Notes: generated by a model not told the origin, from the letters alone. DNA of 56,000 nucleotides from Candidatus Omnitrophota bacterium (GCA_003528115.1 DOGZ01000010.1:1-56000); one strand, 5' to 3'; numbered from the stretch's first letter, positions 1-9,385 are shown. Numbers and translations: made by a program.

Positions 1-433
1 CGGAAAATTCAATAATATCTTCAAGGCGCTCATCAATTTCTTTCTTCTTCATTCCCAGGATGGTCCCGTTAAGATAGACATTTTCCCGGCCAGTAAGTTC
101 CGGATGGAATCCGGCCGTGACCTCAATGAGGGCCGAAAGACGGCCATAAATACGCATATCTCCCTTGTTCGGGATATGGATACCGGAAAGTATTTTCAAG
201 ACTGTGCTTTTACCTGCGCCATTGGGACCAATGATTCCGACGACTTCTCCCTTTTTAATATGAAAATTAACATCTTTGACTGCCCAAAACTCCTTGTCTT
301 CCAAAGTTCCAATGCTATTATCGTTCTTCAAAAATAACCCCTTGAAAAAGTTCGGTATCGTGTCTCTCAAGGAATTAAACTTCTCTCCCTTTTTAAACTT
401 TTTCCAGACATTATTAAATTCAATAGTGTTCAT
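1..433 (-). CDS. ABC transporter ATP-binding protein, polysaccharide/O-antigen export type (Wzt/KpsT/TagH-like), C-terminally truncated by window edge
   Basis: Reverse-strand translation from ATG at 433 reads MNTIEFNNVWKKF...GIIGPNGAGKSTVLKILSG (Walker A) and stays open to the window start; sits immediately downstream of the ABC-2 permease. Confidence 0.8.
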   Translation of the reverse strand, partial: MNTIEFNNVWKKFKKGEKFNSLRDTIPNFFKGLFLKNDNSIGTLEDKEFWAVKDVNFHIKKGEVVGIIGPNGAGKSTVLKILSGIHIPNKGDMRIYGRLSALIEVTAGFHPELTGRENVYLNGTILGMKKKEIDERLEDIIEFS

Positions 434-468
434 TTGTTTTCCTCATTTTTAAAGGTGCCTTGGGCTCT

Positions 469-1266
469 TTAAACATTCTCTGCAAACAGCGGTTCCTTTT
501 TGTGAAACACATGGATTCCGGTGAAGAACATCAGCACGGAGCAGATCATGGCGTAACTTAACCATAAAGGATCCGGCATGCGCTGTCTCACCACAACATC
601 GTTGATGGCTTCCAGGATGCTTCCGACGGGATTGAGAAGCAGGATGGTCTGCCAGTCCCCGAACATATCCGCCTGAAAAAGGACTGGGGTAAAAAATATT
701 CCGAACATAAGAATGACTTCCACAATGTAGCGGACATCTCGGTAAAAGAGATTCGCGGCCGATAATAAAAAGCCTAACCCTGCCGTAAACAAGAAAAGGC
801 TTAACAAAATCACGGGAAGCCAGAAGAGATAGATGCTGACGCCGACTTTCGCGAATATAAGAAGAATTGTTAAGACAACCATAGCGATCGCGAAATCAAA
901 CAAACAAGCCACAATTGAGGCCAGCGGCAGGACTTCGCGGGGAAAATAAATCTTGGTTATCAGGCTGCTGTTGCCAACAAGACTGTTGACTGAAAACTTT
1001 AAAGCGCTGACAAAAAACGTCCATGGCAAAACCTTGACAGAAATCGAAACCACCCCCTGCAGATCCATCGGTTTACCGGACACAACGGACATGGCCTTTT
1101 TAATCAAGATACCAGCGGCAACGGCCACGATAGGCATGAACACAGCCCACAAAACCCCCATGGCCGCCTGCTTGTAGCGCACGCGGATATCACGTTGGAC
1201 AAGCATAATCAGCAGGTCACGGTATTTAAAAATATCCCTAAACATATTTCTACTCTTCATGTCCAC
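469..1266 (-). CDS. ABC-2 type polysaccharide export permease (Wzm/KpsM-like)
   Basis: 265-aa ORF, six hydrophobic segments, typical ABC-2 N-terminal YRDLL motif; followed by the ATPase gene. Confidence 0.85.
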   Translation of the reverse strand: MDMKSRNMFRDIFKYRDLLIMLVQRDIRVRYKQAAMGVLWAVFMPIVAVAAGILIKKAMSVVSGKPMDLQGVVSISVKVLPWTFFVSALKFSVNSLVGNSSLITKIYFPREVLPLASIVACLFDFAIAMVVLTILLIFAKVGVSIYLFWLPVILLSLFLFTAGLGFLLSAANLFYRDVRYIVEVILMFGIFFTPVLFQADMFGDWQTILLLNPVGSILEAINDVVVRQRMPDPLWLSYAMICSVLMFFTGIHVFHKKEPLFAENV

Positions 1267-2431
1267 TCCTGTTGTATTTGTTCATCTTTCTTTTTAATTG
1301 TTTTATAAATGATAAAATTCTTCCTTTAAAATTTCCAGGGTAAATGATGATATCCGTCATCAAAGTTATCTCTTCGGACCATCGTTTTTTATAACTCGCG
1401 GTGTACCCTAAATCCAGGCGACGTATTCCATCCTTGTAAAGTTGTTCAATCAACAGATTGTGAAGGATCAACCCCGGAGAATAGGGATGAAACGTCTTGT
1501 CATAGGCTGTATCAAAAGCGAAATAGGTTTCGTGATATTTTAAACCAACCATGTAGGCCGCTGGCCTCTCCCCGGCATAAAGTATTGAAATATCCAGACA
1601 TCCCTTTGCCGACAACTCCCTGACGGCTTCTGTGTAAAATTGCTCTCCTTCCACAGAGGAAATGATGTTCACGTGATCGTTTGCCTGCCAGGAGTTTGTG
1701 GCAACAGTCTTTAACTTGTCGATAATGTTCGCGTCCCCCGGCGCGGAACGCCTAAGCGTCACTTCTCCTTCCTGTGACAATCGTTTTAACTTTCTGCGCG
1801 CGTCCATCCTGAAATTCTTGCTTTGACTATTGAAATAATCTTCCCAGCTTCCGCTCAGAGGAATAAAGGCATGGGGTTTAGGCGTTTCATGAAATGCCAC
1901 GCAGTTCTTTTTTAATAATTCGATAAATTGTGAAAAGTTTTCTCCCAGGGTATCCATCTGCGCTAAAAGAAAAGCCTCCCGCGATTCTTTTATAAGATCG
2001 CACAGCAAACTTAGACACTCCTGACGTTTATCACACAATATAAAATCCATACGTGTCCAGTGATTGGATAAAAAACCAACCGCTTGAATAGAAATTCCCG
2101 TCAATTTTGTCCCATATTTCATCAAAGGCACAAAACCGATGAAACGTTCCCCGTCTTTAAAAGATACGATGAACAGTTCCTTATCATGACCGTACCCCTT
2201 CCACCAGGCGCTCAGCCATTCGTGGGAAAGGAAAGGGTTGTTGATGCCACTTTTGGCCAGCACCGCATTCCATTCGTCACGCATTGCAATAAAGGCATTG
2301 GTGTCGCGAATAATTTCAGTGGTTACGTTGACGTTCTTTTCCGATTGGACTAATTCACTGGGCGGTGGAAGAAAATCACCTACCCGTTTTAATCTTCCAA
2401 CTGGCATATCTTCATTTTTTTTGTTCTTCAT
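1250..2431 (-). CDS. FemAB/CelD-like GNAT acyltransferase (Acetyltransf_6 family; PEP-CTERM-locus FemAB-related type)
   Basis: 393-aa ORF with BioF2/FemAB-like architecture; 17-nt overlap with the downstream permease. Confidence 0.6.
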   Translation of the reverse strand: MKNKKNEDMPVGRLKRVGDFLPPPSELVQSEKNVNVTTEIIRDTNAFIAMRDEWNAVLAKSGINNPFLSHEWLSAWWKGYGHDKELFIVSFKDGERFIGFVPLMKYGTKLTGISIQAVGFLSNHWTRMDFILCDKRQECLSLLCDLIKESREAFLLAQMDTLGENFSQFIELLKKNCVAFHETPKPHAFIPLSGSWEDYFNSQSKNFRMDARRKLKRLSQEGEVTLRRSAPGDANIIDKLKTVATNSWQANDHVNIISSVEGEQFYTEAVRELSAKGCLDISILYAGERPAAYMVGLKYHETYFAFDTAYDKTFHPYSPGLILHNLLIEQLYKDGIRRLDLGYTASYKKRWSEEITLMTDIIIYPGNFKGRILSFIKQLKRKMNKYNRSGHEE

Positions 2432-2515
2432 AATGTCTTATTGCCGTCGAAATTAAAATTCCCGCCCCCGCGTGGGGAACTTCCATCGCTCATCACCCCC
2501 ACCCAACCTCCCCCA

Positions 2516-3751
2516 TCAATGGGGAGGAATATCTATTTTATTCACTACCTTCACCCATATTTTGTGAAGCGGCAAGAACCCAAACTTTATCTCATGGAGA
2601 AACGGCAGGGGATCATCCAGGCTCCAGTTGGCCCAGACACGTGGTCCGGTCAAGACGCTGTTCAGCCATTCCTTCCAGGTGATCTCCCCTGTTCTTAAAT
2701 AGCCGTAAAAGGAGGCCCGGTCTTCCTTAAAGGCGATCCATTTGACGCCTTCCTGGAATTTGGTCTGGGGTTCAACCTTCTCGCCGATGATGTCCAAATA
2801 AGCCGTTAAAGCAAAATTCTGCCCGCAGGCCTCTGGCAGACTGTTCTGCGCCCAAAGCCGGGGATTAAGCTCGATCATTTTCAATTGGTTGTCGCGTTTG
2901 TCTTTTTTAAACTCAATCGACCCCACGCCGCGATAACCGATCCTTTGCATAAACTCCAATCCGAGGCGCGCCACCTCCGGTTCCCAGACACTCATCACCA
3001 TTGACCCGATTCCAAACCGGCAGGGATACTGCCGGATCTTCTGCAAGGTAAACGTCAGGAGAGGTTTGTTCTCGCTATTCATGTACGTGCAAATTTTGTA
3101 ATGACACGTGTCATCCCCCTGGATCACTTCCTGAATCAGCGGGTCGATGTGATCGTTGTCATGGATTTTCTGATAGATCTCAACCAATTCTCTGGAGTTA
3201 TTGATATTAAACGCCTTCTTATCGCCAAAACGTCGACGCCACGCATCGGTTCTGACACCTTTCAAAAGAACGGGATAATTCAATGTCCCGGCAAGCTGTT
3301 GGATGTCCTGAAGATTTTTCGGGAGGTACGTCTTAGGGACAGGAGTTCCGTTCTCTCGGGCCAAATCATACTGCCCGTTTTTATCCAGGATTCGGTCCAT
3401 CAACGATTTGGGGGACATGGCGAACTTAAAGTGTTCGATGAGGAGATCGCGGTTAGTATTGACATAATCGACAAAGACATCACTCGTCGGCATCAGTACC
3501 GCCGGAGCACCTGTCGTTTTCACTAAGTCCAGCAGAAAATCCATAAAGGCCTTCGGGTCTTTTTGCGGGTCCGGACAGACAAAACACTTAGCGTACCGCG
3601 TGCGCAGTCCCGGTTTATCCTTATCCGGATCAAGGGCATAAACTTTAATACCATTACGGCCTAAACTGCGCGCGGCGGCAAGCCCGGTTACGGACATTCC
3701 TAGAATAAAAGTGGGGATGAGATATTTTGATTTAATTAGCTCTTGGCTCAT
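2516..3751 (-). CDS. ATP-grasp domain protein (carboligase-like)
   Basis: 411-aa ORF; C-terminal GVGSIEFKKD...IELNPRLW resembles the ATP-grasp catalytic loop. Confidence 0.55.
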   Translation of the reverse strand: MSQELIKSKYLIPTFILGMSVTGLAAARSLGRNGIKVYALDPDKDKPGLRTRYAKCFVCPDPQKDPKAFMDFLLDLVKTTGAPAVLMPTSDVFVDYVNTNRDLLIEHFKFAMSPKSLMDRILDKNGQYDLARENGTPVPKTYLPKNLQDIQQLAGTLNYPVLLKGVRTDAWRRRFGDKKAFNINNSRELVEIYQKIHDNDHIDPLIQEVIQGDDTCHYKICTYMNSENKPLLTFTLQKIRQYPCRFGIGSMVMSVWEPEVARLGLEFMQRIGYRGVGSIEFKKDKRDNQLKMIELNPRLWAQNSLPEACGQNFALTAYLDIIGEKVEPQTKFQEGVKWIAFKEDRASFYGYLRTGEITWKEWLNSVLTGPRVWANWSLDDPLPFLHEIKFGFLPLHKIWVKVVNKIDIPPH

Positions 3752-3809
3752 AGCTCTTAGCTCATAAATTCATATGCAAACGATTGCGCAAAGATAAATA
3801 ATAGAAACA

Positions 3810-4187
3810 TTAATCAATCGTTTCCTTAATAGAAGAAGCCAGTCCTGAAATCATTTTGCCTATCTCAATACCGCGGGTCTTCAGGGCATTAAACTGGACG
3901 TCATTTATCCACTGCTTTTTATAAAATATCGTCAGAAAAGTAATGGTCTCATATAATGAACCTCTGGCGACGTAAAGTGACCTGACAAATTCTTTCTTTG
4001 AATAACGTCCCTTTCCTTCTGAAATATTAGCCGAAATAGAAGCGGCTGATGATTCTATTTGTTCGACCAAACGATAATGTCTGCGGTCAGTATTAATGAC
4101 TTCTGTAAGATCAATAATATCTGTACAAAAATCCACTGATTTCTTCCACACTTCTAAATCTTCAAAGTTAAACCCGTTCCCCTTCAT
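3810..4187 (-). CDS. Four-helix-bundle protein (23S rRNA intervening-sequence protein / DGR Avd-like family)
   Basis: 125-aa ORF with EDLEVWKKS...ISANISEG pattern typical of the PF05635/TIGR02436 family; flanked by inverted repeats (see findings). Confidence 0.8.
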   Translation of the reverse strand: MKGNGFNFEDLEVWKKSVDFCTDIIDLTEVINTDRRHYRLVEQIESSAASISANISEGKGRYSKKEFVRSLYVARGSLYETITFLTIFYKKQWINDVQFNALKTRGIEIGKMISGLASSIKETID

Positions 4188-4268
4188 GCCAAACTTCTTC
4201 CGTTTAATCCTTCTGACTTGGTCATTAATGCTTTCATTTCCGCTCGGTCAAGAGCCACGAGCTAAGAC

Positions 4269-5285
4269 CTAAGAGCCATCAAACGCCCTTATTAAATTCA
4301 CTGCGAACAGGCTAATGGGCACAGGCGGACCGATGCGTTTTAAAGCAAAAACGTCCCCGGGACGGCTGTTGGCTCCATAGTCACAGGTGCTAACGCTTTC
4401 AAAACCGATTTCCCTGCAGTACGCTCTCAACTCCTCATTAAAATCCTGCGGTCGTCCATTGGGATAGGCAAAATGTTTCACAGGGACACCCAATTTCTCT
4501 TCAATGGTTTTCTTGGAATTAGAGATCTCTTCCTTAGCTAGCCTAACAGGAACACTGGTTAGAATCGGGTGTGAGCACGTATGCGCGCCGAAACTCACAT
4601 GATTATTGAGCATCTCACGTACCTGTTGCCAGTTCAGCATATCAGGTTTGTTAAAAGATACGGGTTTTCCTAACTTCCGCTCAATTTCGGCCAAATAGGC
4701 ATCCCGCGATTCAATAGGCAAATCTTTCAACTGACTCAATGTCATCATGTACGCGCGACGCTTTTCAGCCAGAGTCATTAAGGAAAGTTTACCGGTTATG
4801 ACTTCACCTGTCAGTTCCATAAATTGTTCGCTGGTCGCATAAAAAGTACTGCCCAACCTGTCAACCCAGATTTTATCATTCGTTCCGATATAGTCGGTGG
4901 TAAGAAAGATTGTCACAGGTATCTGAGACTCTTTGATGGCTGGAAAAAGGTAATCGTAATTATTTTTGTATCCATCATCAATCGTGATCGCGACTGTCGG
5001 ACGTTTGAACAATTCTCCGCGCTTAAGGCCCTCAACAAGTCTGTCCAGGGAAGAGATATCAAAATATTTCTTGAGGAACCGCACTTCCTTGCGGAAATCA
5101 TCAATGCGGTGCGTGACGCAGGGATCGAGTTCCATGGCCTTATCCAGACGATCCACAAAACTGTGATAATTAATGATCACCGCCGTGAAGTCTTTTCGTC
5201 TCTGGAGAAGGAAGCGGATATACAAGTCCAGTAACCCGGAGTAAAATAAAACGCGGCAAATCAAAATTTTGATAAAGTATCTCAT
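4269..5285 (-). CDS. Polysaccharide deacetylase (NodB-homology domain; PEP-CTERM-locus type)
   Basis: 338-aa ORF with ITIDDGYKNNYD...PVTIFL NodB motifs. Confidence 0.8.
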   Translation of the reverse strand: MRYFIKILICRVLFYSGLLDLYIRFLLQRRKDFTAVIINYHSFVDRLDKAMELDPCVTHRIDDFRKEVRFLKKYFDISSLDRLVEGLKRGELFKRPTVAITIDDGYKNNYDYLFPAIKESQIPVTIFLTTDYIGTNDKIWVDRLGSTFYATSEQFMELTGEVITGKLSLMTLAEKRRAYMMTLSQLKDLPIESRDAYLAEIERKLGKPVSFNKPDMLNWQQVREMLNNHVSFGAHTCSHPILTSVPVRLAKEEISNSKKTIEEKLGVPVKHFAYPNGRPQDFNEELRAYCREIGFESVSTCDYGANSRPGDVFALKRIGPPVPISLFAVNLIRAFDGS

Positions 5286-5301
5286 TTTGCCTTATGCGGA
5301 T

Positions 5302-6087
5302 TTAAAGATATCTATAAATATATTCCGGCAGGTGATATTCGATATTGGTCAAAACGTGGCCGAGGATCTTGGAATGTGTTTGAAACAGGAGGTCTTCCGC
5401 GCGTCGGATAATACCACGCTGTGTACGGCCCGCCTGCACCACCATCAGAACACCATCGGCTATGGGCCCGACAATCCCGGCATCGGTCACCGGAATAATG
5501 GGCGGGGTGTCTATGAGGATATAGTCGAAGTCACTCTTCATCTCAGCCAAAAATTGTTTCATTTTATCCGAGGCCAACAGCTCCGCCGGGTTCTCCGGAA
5601 TACCGCCAGAACCCACAAAGGCGAGATTATCATATTCCAGATGAAAGAGGACGTCTTCAGCTTTTGCCGCGCCGGTGAGTATTTCCATGAGACCGACTTT
5701 GTGATCAACACCCAAATATTTAACCATTCGCCCTCTTCTCATGTCCGCGTCCACCAAAAGGACCTTGGGTTTTTGAACAGACTGCGCCAGCGCGACCGCC
5801 AAATTGATCACCGTCACCGTTTTACCTTCTGAATGGATGGAGCTGGTGATGACAATGGTTTGCGGCGGTTTCCCCTTGTTCATCGATAGGATATTTGTTC
5901 TTAAAATTTTATACTGCTCGGATATTAATGCCTTGGGGTCAAAATACGTCACGATACTGGGATCAACGTTGGATTCGCCGATTTTCTTGACGATCAAATC
6001 CTCCCGTTCTTTTAAGCGGCTGATTTTTTCTATCCGCTCCAAACGTTCTTCGGCAGCCTTTTTTAACGCGTTTGTAATTTTTCCCAT
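5302..6087 (-). CDS. Tyrosine autokinase-type ATPase of capsule/EPS chain-length control (CpsD/EpsB/Wzc C-terminal domain-like)
   Basis: 261-aa ORF; ITSSIHSEGKTVTVINLA (Walker A-like), VLLVDADMRRG (Walker A' / DxD); ParA/MinD fold. Confidence 0.8.
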   Translation of the reverse strand: MGKITNALKKAAEERLERIEKISRLKEREDLIVKKIGESNVDPSIVTYFDPKALISEQYKILRTNILSMNKGKPPQTIVITSSIHSEGKTVTVINLAVALAQSVQKPKVLLVDADMRRGRMVKYLGVDHKVGLMEILTGAAKAEDVLFHLEYDNLAFVGSGGIPENPAELLASDKMKQFLAEMKSDFDYILIDTPPIIPVTDAGIVGPIADGVLMVVQAGRTQRGIIRRAEDLLFQTHSKILGHVLTNIEYHLPEYIYRYL

Positions 6088-6326
6088 ATTATTTCCTTAG
6101 TGCTGTGTTACCTAAATCTAAAAAATTTAATTTTCTGATTTTTCCCTCTTAACTCTTTAGCTCGCGACTCAGAACCCCGGGCACTTAACAAAGATCATAC
6201 GTGGCGATATCAGGCCTTCAGGAGGGTAACCATATGACCATCCATCTATTTCCCACTTATGATCCATTAGGGGGGCTAATGTGTAAGTGCCCGGAGCCAT
6301 GAGTGCCAAGCTATCAGCCACGAGCT

Positions 6327-7193
6327 TTAGACTAAATGATTCATCCTCACTTCTTCTTCCTTGATTGCCTTGGCGTTTCCCCCAATTTGCGTCATCGGTG
6401 AATCCAGGATCGCTTCATTAATCATCTCTTCATCGATCAATTTGACTTCGGAAATATATCCGGATAACAGAGCGCTGTCACAGATTTGATTAATTAACCT
6501 CGGCACCCCATTAGAAAACGCGTATATCCTCTCCAGGGCGCCTTCCGTGAAAAACTGCCGATCCCCGCCCCCGGCTACTTTTAAACGGTGCAGGATATAC
6601 GCCCACGCGTCTACTTTATCTAAAGGCGTCAACTGAAAATAAACCGCGATCCTCTGACGAAGCTGTTCCAGCCTGGAAAGAGCGAGCTTCTTTTTCAACT
6701 CCGGTTGTCCCAAAAAAATAATCTGTATCAATTTTTCATTCTCCGTCTCTAAATTAGACAGCATCCGCACTTCTTCCAGCAAAGAAGGCGTTAAATTCTG
6801 CGCCTCATCAATGATCAAAACGACGTTATTGTGACCGCGCAACTGGTCTATGAGATACGCGTTAAGTTGAGAGTGCAGTTTTGATTTGGATCCGGGCTGA
6901 TAATCAATTTCCAGGTCTTCAAGAATGGTCATGAGCAAATCTTTTCCGCTCATGTGGGTATTGGTAATAAGCGCGGTATGCGTCTTGCGGTCAAGTTGAT
7001 TGATCAGCGCCCGGCAAACAGTTGTTTTCCCCGATCCGATATCGCCGGTGATCACCACAAAACCTTTCCGCTCATTAATGGCGTAGATCATCGTGCTTAA
7101 CGCCTCGGCGTGCTTCACGCTCGAAAAAAAGAATTTGGAGTTCGGCGTTAAATTAAAAGGCGGTTCTGTGAAACCGTAAAATTTATAGTACAT
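6327..7193 (-). CDS. ExeA/GspA-like AAA ATPase (PEP-CTERM-locus secretion ATPase type)
   Basis: 288-aa ORF; YGFTEPPFNLTPNSKFFFSS...ITGDIGSGKTT matches the ExeA N-terminal AAA_22 pattern. Confidence 0.8.
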   Translation of the reverse strand: MYYKFYGFTEPPFNLTPNSKFFFSSVKHAEALSTMIYAINERKGFVVITGDIGSGKTTVCRALINQLDRKTHTALITNTHMSGKDLLMTILEDLEIDYQPGSKSKLHSQLNAYLIDQLRGHNNVVLIIDEAQNLTPSLLEEVRMLSNLETENEKLIQIIFLGQPELKKKLALSRLEQLRQRIAVYFQLTPLDKVDAWAYILHRLKVAGGGDRQFFTEGALERIYAFSNGVPRLINQICDSALLSGYISEVKLIDEEMINEAILDSPMTQIGGNAKAIKEEEVRMNHLV

Positions 7194-7199
7194 TTGTCC

Positions 7200-8510
7200 T
7201 CACTTCAGAAAACTTCCCACCGCATTGGTCAAGATAATAATGACGACACCGGCGGCAAAGGTGAGAGAATACATCCATACCTGCCTTTCTTTCTGGCGAC
7301 GGACACTCTCTTCGGTCTGTATTTTGGATATCGCCCCCAAAAGCGGCACCCCAAAAAACTGATTGGCTTCTTCCACATCAATAAAAGACTTGTCTAAAAA
7401 CTCTGTGGCAATGACAAACACAAAACCCAATAAGGATCCCACCATCAAGCCCCCGATAGCCACAAGGACTTTATTGGGCCTGACCGGTCTGAGAGGAACT
7501 CTTGGAGGATCCAGAATGGTATACTTCGTTCCCTCTTTGGAACTTTGCAGTCTCTGGGTGATCTTAGCGGTCTCCAGCCTTTGGAGGAGCATGTTATAAA
7601 TAGAATTATTAACACCGACGTCCCGGGCCATGACCTTATCAAGAGTGTCGACAAGTAAAACTTTGTAATAATCTTTTTCCGGATTTTCTAAAGAAATTTT
7701 TCTGGCCCCGGTTCCTTCCACATCATCCAAGGCCGCTCGAATATCATTGATAATGGGATTAACCGTCTGTTCATCCAAAGTCACGTCTTCCGTGTATTCT
7801 AAATTTTCCTTTCGCAATTCATCCTCTTTGGCGATGATCACTTCACGAAGCTCCTTGACTCTGGGATGCTGTTCCGTTGAGTCCAGTAATAGCGTCTTCA
7901 AATTATCCTTAAGCTGGGCAATCTCGGCGGACTTGATTTTTCCCCGATAGAGTTTTAACTGTTCTTCGATAAAGACAATGGCATCCGATGTTTCCTTATT
8001 CTGAATGTCGATGTTGCGTTCGATAAAAATCTCTGTAATATTCTTAACGACATCCCGCGTCCGTTCCGGCTCATCTCCGATGTAAGACAACTCAAGGATA
8101 TTTTGGCCCCTCATTCTAATCATCATATCCTTTCTGATCCCTAAAACAGCGAATTCCAACTCTTGAGGCGTCTTGATATCCTTATCCATATTTAATCTTT
8201 TTGTGAGTTGAACCAGACTATTCCAGCCCAGCATGGACTCCCGAATAGCCGTCATTCTCTGGCCTACGGTGGATGATACCGCCAACTGGTCAAATAGAGG
8301 GTTATCGCTTTTTCCCTCTTCGACCATCAGTATCGTCGAAGAAATGTATTTCTTGGGCAAAACCAGGCCGGTACAGACCCCAAAAATCAAACCGATAAAG
8401 GCTGGAATTATAAATAATTCCTTCCTTCTAAAAAATATTTTTAAATAATTCATCGGCAGCATTTCGCCGTGTTGAATCTCCCCCATATCCATTCCTTTCT
8501 CCGGTTTCAA
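7200..8510 (-). CDS. Polysaccharide chain-length determinant protein (Wzz/GumC-like PCP)
   Basis: 436-aa ORF with N-terminal TM, long coiled-coil periplasmic region and C-terminal TM (LVAIGGLMVGSLLGFVFVIATEFL). Confidence 0.75.
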   Translation of the reverse strand: MKPEKGMDMGEIQHGEMLPMNYLKIFFRRKELFIIPAFIGLIFGVCTGLVLPKKYISSTILMVEEGKSDNPLFDQLAVSSTVGQRMTAIRESMLGWNSLVQLTKRLNMDKDIKTPQELEFAVLGIRKDMMIRMRGQNILELSYIGDEPERTRDVVKNITEIFIERNIDIQNKETSDAIVFIEEQLKLYRGKIKSAEIAQLKDNLKTLLLDSTEQHPRVKELREVIIAKEDELRKENLEYTEDVTLDEQTVNPIINDIRAALDDVEGTGARKISLENPEKDYYKVLLVDTLDKVMARDVGVNNSIYNMLLQRLETAKITQRLQSSKEGTKYTILDPPRVPLRPVRPNKVLVAIGGLMVGSLLGFVFVIATEFLDKSFIDVEEANQFFGVPLLGAISKIQTEESVRRQKERQVWMYSLTFAAGVVIIILTNAVGSFLK

Positions 8511-8539
8511 TCATTATCTCATTTAACTTCTTACTTTTC

Positions 8540-9358
8540 TTAGAACCCCGTCGTGACGGTCCGCCCCAGACCGGACGCTGTCCCTACAGGCGCCGCCACC
8601 GGCTGTATGACGCGCAATGCCTTAGCCATGAGCGTTGGCGGAACGTACAGGGTGTCCCCCGGTGACATAACTAAATTTTCTCTCAAATCCCCTTTATAAA
8701 GAAGCTTGTCCACATTGACGTTCTTTTGTTGGGGATGGCCATCACTGCTGGGGGTAATCAACAAGGTCTTGCCTCCCTTGGCACTCAAAAGAGGTAATCC
8801 CGCCTGAACCAAGGCCTCCCGGATGGTGATCGTGTCTCCCCGCATATAAATCTTCCCTGGTCTTCCCACCTCCCCTATAACATAAACAACCTTGCTATTG
8901 TATCCGGCAATCTTAACGGTCACTTCAGGAGAGATGATATAATTGCTCAATTTCTCAACCAATAATTTTGCTATTTCATCCTTAGTCAAACCGATCACCT
9001 GAACGTCACCAATAAATTCATATTGGATGTTGCCTTCCCCATTAATAACATATTGCCCGCTGACTTCAGGATGACGTAATACGCTTACCTGAATAACATC
9101 CTCAATCCCTAAAGTGTATTTACTACTGCTTTCGCTGTTTAAATCCGCCTGCGGTAGAAGCGGAACACCTTCATTCTCTAATATTTCCTCGACATTCAGC
9201 GGGCTGAGTTCTTCTTCTTTTTCTTCAGGCACCAAATTGGCGAAATTTTGGGCTTCCGCCTTATCGATGTCATCCCAAGCCCCAAGACTTCCGATCAGTA
9301 ATAATACTAATAAACCTCTTAGTACCACATGATTCTTATTCATCTTAAAACTCCCCAT
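8540..9358 (-). CDS. Polysaccharide export outer-membrane/periplasmic protein (Wza/KpsD-like, Poly_export + SLBB)
   Basis: 272-aa ORF, signal peptide, YTLGIEDVIQVSV...GEVGRPGKIYM motifs. Confidence 0.8.
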   Translation of the reverse strand: MGSFKMNKNHVVLRGLLVLLLIGSLGAWDDIDKAEAQNFANLVPEEKEEELSPLNVEEILENEGVPLLPQADLNSESSSKYTLGIEDVIQVSVLRHPEVSGQYVINGEGNIQYEFIGDVQVIGLTKDEIAKLLVEKLSNYIISPEVTVKIAGYNSKVVYVIGEVGRPGKIYMRGDTITIREALVQAGLPLLSAKGGKTLLITPSSDGHPQQKNVNVDKLLYKGDLRENLVMSPGDTLYVPPTLMAKALRVIQPVAAPVGTASGLGRTVTTGF

Positions 9359-9385
9359 TCAGTTGACAATAAATATTTTGCTTTT

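Noticed and set aside
104-337. 77-aa plus-strand ORF at the window start
   Set aside because: Lies antisense inside the well-supported Wzt ABC ATPase reading frame; no ribosome-binding site and no family resemblance
3810-4187. Diversity-generating retroelement around the Avd-like four-helix-bundle gene
   Set aside because: No reverse transcriptase ORF and no template-repeat/variable-repeat pair anywhere in the window. The gene appears to be a standalone cassette
5269-5832. 187-aa plus-strand ORF
   Set aside because: Antisense within the BY-kinase-type ATPase gene. ORFs at 3101-3526, 22853-23323 and 26537-27034 are likewise rejected as shadows of strong minus-strand genes
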